Shown: one piece after another, positions 18,672 through 24,203 of the stretch
Layout of the letters: every line of letters starts with the position of its first letter
How positions within the stretch are numbered: the first letter of the stretch is position 1
Assembly: GCA_046581755.1 (NCBI GenBank)
Contig: JAYGFR010000011.1
Span: 1 to 24,203 of the forward strand
Reading direction: 5' to 3'
Length of the DNA stretch: 24,203 bases
DNA from: Nitrospinota bacterium
GTDB lineage: Bacteria > UBA8248
The notes under the pieces: generated by a model
Told to the model about the DNA's origin: nothing
The model's database searches: none
What the model saw: the letters and a program-made list of their open reading frames with translations, nothing else
Program-made: the position numbers and the translations under genes

Positions 18672-19031
18672 TTACCACACTCCCGAGAAGGAATCTGCAA
18701 AGACAACGAAACTGTTTGGGTTTTGGCTCCGGGGAACATGGCGAGTTGCACAACCGCCATGGTTGGTCAGGAATTGCTCTAACTTAACTTCGCCTCCCGA
18801 TAGCGAAAAGGCTTATTCCGATGCCACCTTTTTCCGGTCCAGACGATCTTACGAAGAAAGTAGAGCGATCTGTAATTCAACTTCATGGATTGAAGATGAC
18901 GATTTGTCATAATCTCAACCCAGCACCAATGAGACCCAGCATTCGATATGGTCTCCCAAGTACCCACATCTGTTTGAACGAAGGCGCCCTGACCGTAAAT
19001 TCAGGTCCCACCACCTCTCGTAGGATTCCAT
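18672..19031 (-). pseudogene. Possible decayed gene downstream of tetR
   Basis: Strong GGAGG RBS (19039-19043) and ATG 19031 follow an operator-like palindrome. The frame is interrupted by stops and the family is not recognisable. Confidence 0.3.
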
Positions 19032-19062
19032 CTCTTTTCCTCCATTTTTGTTGAGTATTATT

Positions 19063-19078
19063 TTGAACAACCGTTCTA
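19063..19078. promoter_or_regulatory. Putative TetR operator
   Basis: Imperfect palindrome TTGAACAACCGTTCTA, similar to the NemR-type TAGACCnnnnGGTCTA box. Confidence 0.55.
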
Positions 19079-19095
19079 ATATAAATGAAAAAAAC

Positions 19096-19674
19096 TCATT
19101 CCACCGAGGAAAGGGCCACTTCTACAAAGTTTCGAATCATCGTATTTCCGGGCATCAGCCGTGCCACCGCCCGCATACCGTGAAAGGCGACCGTCAGGAA
19201 ATGGGCTAGCGCCCGAATATCCCGATTTGGGGACACCTCCCCCCGATCCTGTGCGCGGTGCAAAGCTGTTTCAAAGGCCTTCTCTAGACGTCTCATTATT
19301 CGCTGTAAGCGGGCAGCGGTTTGTTGGCAGTGAGGAGCCATCTCTACCATAGCGTTGGTAACCAGGCAGCCGCTTTTTCCCGGGGGAGGATTGGCTGGAT
19401 CAAGGGAATTCAAAAATACGGTCCGGATAGCTTTTTTTCCTGAACCTGTCCCTTCCAAGACGCGGAAGATTTTCTGATATTTTTCGCTGTAGCGCTCAAG
19501 GACAGAAAGGTATAATTCATGTTTGCCCCCAAAGGTGTCGTAGAGACTTCCTCGATTAAGTTCCATTTGATCGAGAAGATCTTGAATCGATGCCCCTTCG
19601 TAGCCCTTGCTCCAAAATACATCGGCGGCTCGATCAAGTGTTATTTCAACGTCAAATTCTTTTCTCCGTGGCAC
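19096..19674 (-). CDS. TetR/AcrR family regulator (NemR/ComR-like)
   Basis: GTG 19674 after AAGGAG; MPRRKEFD..FWSKGYEGASIQDLLDQMELNRGSLYDTFGGK HTH; GCLVTN motif. Confidence 0.92.
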   Translation of the reverse strand: MPRRKEFDVEITLDRAADVFWSKGYEGASIQDLLDQMELNRGSLYDTFGGKHELYLSVLERYSEKYQKIFRVLEGTGSGKKAIRTVFLNSLDPANPPPGKSGCLVTNAMVEMAPHCQQTAARLQRIMRRLEKAFETALHRAQDRGEVSPNRDIRALAHFLTVAFHGMRAVARLMPGNTMIRNFVEVALSSVE

Positions 19675-19723
19675 CACCCATCTCCTTGAAACGATATTGA
19701 CCACGAAACGCTATCAATGAATC

Positions 19724-19748
19724 ATAATTGGAACGAACGGTCAATTAT
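19724..19748. promoter_or_regulatory. Putative TetR autoregulatory operator
   Basis: ATAATTG-GAACGAACGGT-CAATTAT inverted repeat; the core matches the 19063 site at 11/16 in reverse complement. Confidence 0.6.
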
Positions 19749-19965
19749 TAATTTGAGTGGCCTGCCCCCGCCGGTGGAGCTACTTCATGTGTAATTACAG
19801 AAGCAGTTGCGGGAAATGGCCTATGCATGGCGAATTACTAATTCACTGCCCAAAAGTCCGAAGCCCAATATGTCTTCCATCTCCCCGTGATGGCAGTCGT
19901 AGATTGCGCGCGGCCCCCGGCCTTTGTTGCGGCCACCGGGGACACTCGGCATGATAGAGGACGGC

Positions 19966-20017
19966 CAACTTGAAATCATGGCCTGAAAACGTGGCCTGAC
20001 AACTTGGCCGGAAATCA
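19966..20017. repeat. Degenerate 13-bp tandem repeat, about 4 units
   Basis: CAACTTGAAATCA / TGGCCTGAAAACG / TGGCCTGACAACT / TGGCCGGAAATCA immediately before the nadE RBS. Confidence 0.55.
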
Positions 20018-20029
20018 TGGAGGAAGCGG

Positions 20030-20890
20030 ATGGCTCCGGCGCAAACGAAAAACTTGGTGAACGAGAGCCTGGCCGGGCTGATCCTGGACGGGCGGCTGAC
20101 GACGGACCTCCTAGTCGGCTTCCTCCGCAACGAGGTGCACAAGGTTGGGGTCAAAAAAATCGTTCTGGGCCTCTCGGGCGGCATCGACAGCGCCCTGTCC
20201 GCCTTCCTGGCGGCGTGCGCCATGGGGCCGGAGAACGTCCACGCCATCTGCATGCCCTACCGGCTCTCGAATCCCCAGAGCGAGGCCGACGCCCGGGAGG
20301 TGGCCGCCGCCTGCGGGATCGAATACGAGGTGGTGGAGATCACCCCCCAGGTAGACGCTTATTTCGAGCGGTTTCCGGATGCGGACAATTTAAGGCGCGG
20401 GAACAAGATGGCCCGCGAGCGGATGACCATTCTCTATGACCAGTCCGCCGCCCACGGGGCGCTGGTGGTGGGAACGAGCAACAAGACCGAGCTCCTCCTG
20501 GGCTACGGGACCCTGTTCGGGGACATGGCCAGCGCGGTCAACCCCATCGGAGACCTTTTCAAAACCCAGGTGCGCCAGATTTCCCGCCATGTGGGCGTGC
20601 CGGGGGACGTCATCGAAAAGGCGCCGAGCGCCGATCTCTGGGTGGGCCAAACGGATGAAGAAGAGCTGGGCCTGACCTACGCGGAAGTGGATGCCATCCT
20701 CCATTATCTGATCGATCACCGCTACAACCGCCTGGAAATTATCGAGCTCGGATTCCCCGAAGAGGTCGTGGACGGGATTCTCCGCCTGATTCAACGCAGC
20801 CAATACAAGCGGCGGCTGCCCCTCATCGCCAAGGTCAGCCACCGGACCATCGACCGCGACTTCCGGTATGCGCGCGACTGGGGGGTTTGA
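20030..20890 (+). CDS. nadE: NAD(+) synthetase, single-domain (NH3-dependent type)
   Basis: [32 protein letters not shown] and APSADLW.GQTDE. Confidence 0.96.
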   Translation: MAPAQTKNLVNESLAGLILDGRLTTDLLVGFLRNEVHKVGVKKIVLGLSGGIDSALSAFLAACAMGPENVHAICMPYRLSNPQSEADAREVAAACGIEYEVVEITPQVDAYFERFPDADNLRRGNKMARERMTILYDQSAAHGALVVGTSNKTELLLGYGTLFGDMASAVNPIGDLFKTQVRQISRHVGVPGDVIEKAPSADLWVGQTDEEELGLTYAEVDAILHYLIDHRYNRLEIIELGFPEEVVDGILRLIQRSQYKRRLPLIAKVSHRTIDRDFRYARDWGV

Positions 20891-21018
20891 GCCCCCTCCC
20901 TCCCTCACCAAGCCCGGCCTTGAATCTTCGGGGAGCCTGTGGCATAATCCCATAGAATACAGTGAGTTTTGGGAACGGCGGAATGGGCTGCTTTCGGTGC
21001 TGCGTAAAGGGATTGGCC

Positions 21019-21660
21019 GTGGCGAAGGTTGCAAAGAAAGCAAAAACAAAGGCTAATGGGAATCCAAAATCCAAGGCCAAATCCGCCTCAAAATCCAGCG
21101 CGAAAAGCAAAAGTGAAGCGAAGAAAAAGCCTGCCCCGAAAACCAAAGCCAAGCCAAAAACCAAGGTGTCCCTCAAAGCCAAAACGGTGTCCAGGGCAAA
21201 ACGCAGGGGGGTGAGCCCCGGGGCTAAGGCGCCCGATTTTCGCCTTCGGGATGGAAACGGAAAAATCCACCGCCTGATTCAGTATCAGGGAAAAAAGTTG
21301 GTTCTCTATTTTTATCCCAAGGACGACACCCCGGGGTGTACGCTCGAGGCGGGCGATTTTAACAAGCAAAGCAAAAAAATGGCGGCCAAGGGAGCCGTCA
21401 TTCTGGGCGTGAGTCCGGACAACGAAGTAAGCCACAAAAAGTTCAGCGAAATTTTGGAGCTGAATTTTTGTCTCCTCGCGGATCCCGATGGGCTCGTGGC
21501 GGCGAAATACGGGGCTTACGGCGAAAAAACGCTTTTCGGGACAAAATTCAATAGCGTATTCCGCACGACCTTCATCATCGACGAGGAAGGCACCATTAAA
21601 AAAGTGTTCCGGGATGTTCATGTCAAAGGCCACGCGATGGAAGTCCTCAAAGCCCTCTAG
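21019..21660 (+). CDS. bcp: BCP/PrxQ peroxiredoxin with Lys/Ala-rich N-terminal extension
   Basis: YFYPKDDTPGCTLEA, GVSPD and RTTFIIDEEG; GTG start after AAAGGGA (alternative TTG at 21013). Confidence 0.9.
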   Translation: MAKVAKKAKTKANGNPKSKAKSASKSSAKSKSEAKKKPAPKTKAKPKTKVSLKAKTVSRAKRRGVSPGAKAPDFRLRDGNGKIHRLIQYQGKKLVLYFYPKDDTPGCTLEAGDFNKQSKKMAAKGAVILGVSPDNEVSHKKFSEILELNFCLLADPDGLVAAKYGAYGEKTLFGTKFNSVFRTTFIIDEEGTIKKVFRDVHVKGHAMEVLKAL

Positions 21661-21851
21661 GCTCTCCGCCACCTCCCCCCGGCCGAATCGCCGCAAGCCC
21701 GGTTTTAGATTCCGAATATCCGGGGATTGTCCGCCGATTTTTTGGTTGTATGTGCCATTGCGGTGTGGGATAAGTTAATCCGCTTTGAATCAACGAGATA
21801 GCCTTCACCCTCCTCCGGGCGGGCGGATGGGCCGGAGTTGGGAAACGAAAG

Positions 21852-24203
<2,352 letters not shown>

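Noticed and set aside
18464..18782. ORFs 18464-18760 (-) and 18483-18782 (+)
   Set aside because: No motifs or convincing RBS, and they span the homopolymer tract; probably spurious.
21661..21851. SAM/SAH/cobalamin riboswitch upstream of metH
   Set aside because: No recognisable conserved core by eye; an Rfam cmscan would be needed.

Overview
High-GC bacterial chromosomal window that starts at the replication origin. It opens with a DnaA-box cluster followed by rpmH-rnpA-yidD-yidC. Next is a four-gene block (a soluble FliG C-terminal/double MotA-cytoplasmic-domain fusion, a frameshifted SAM methyltransferase, an SDR and a convergent galT), then mnmE-mnmG, three parS sites, parA-parB and a bactofilin. 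These are followed by two lipoprotein genes, a small membrane protein, a DsrE-like gene and a nitrilase-family (NAD-synthetase glutaminase-like) gene. An accessory block (orphan Dam-family methylase, four VOC genes of which two are broken, and a low-GC TetR module with operators) separates that gene from nadE. The window ends with a BCP peroxiredoxin carrying a histone H1-like tail and the 5' part of metH. jag and rsmG are missing from their usual positions. The strongest novelty candidate is the FliG-C + 2x membrane-less MotA fusion at 2929-4044. Several apparent 1-nt homopolymer deletions suggest that some frameshifts are sequencing artefacts. All family calls come from motif recognition by eye; no searches were run.
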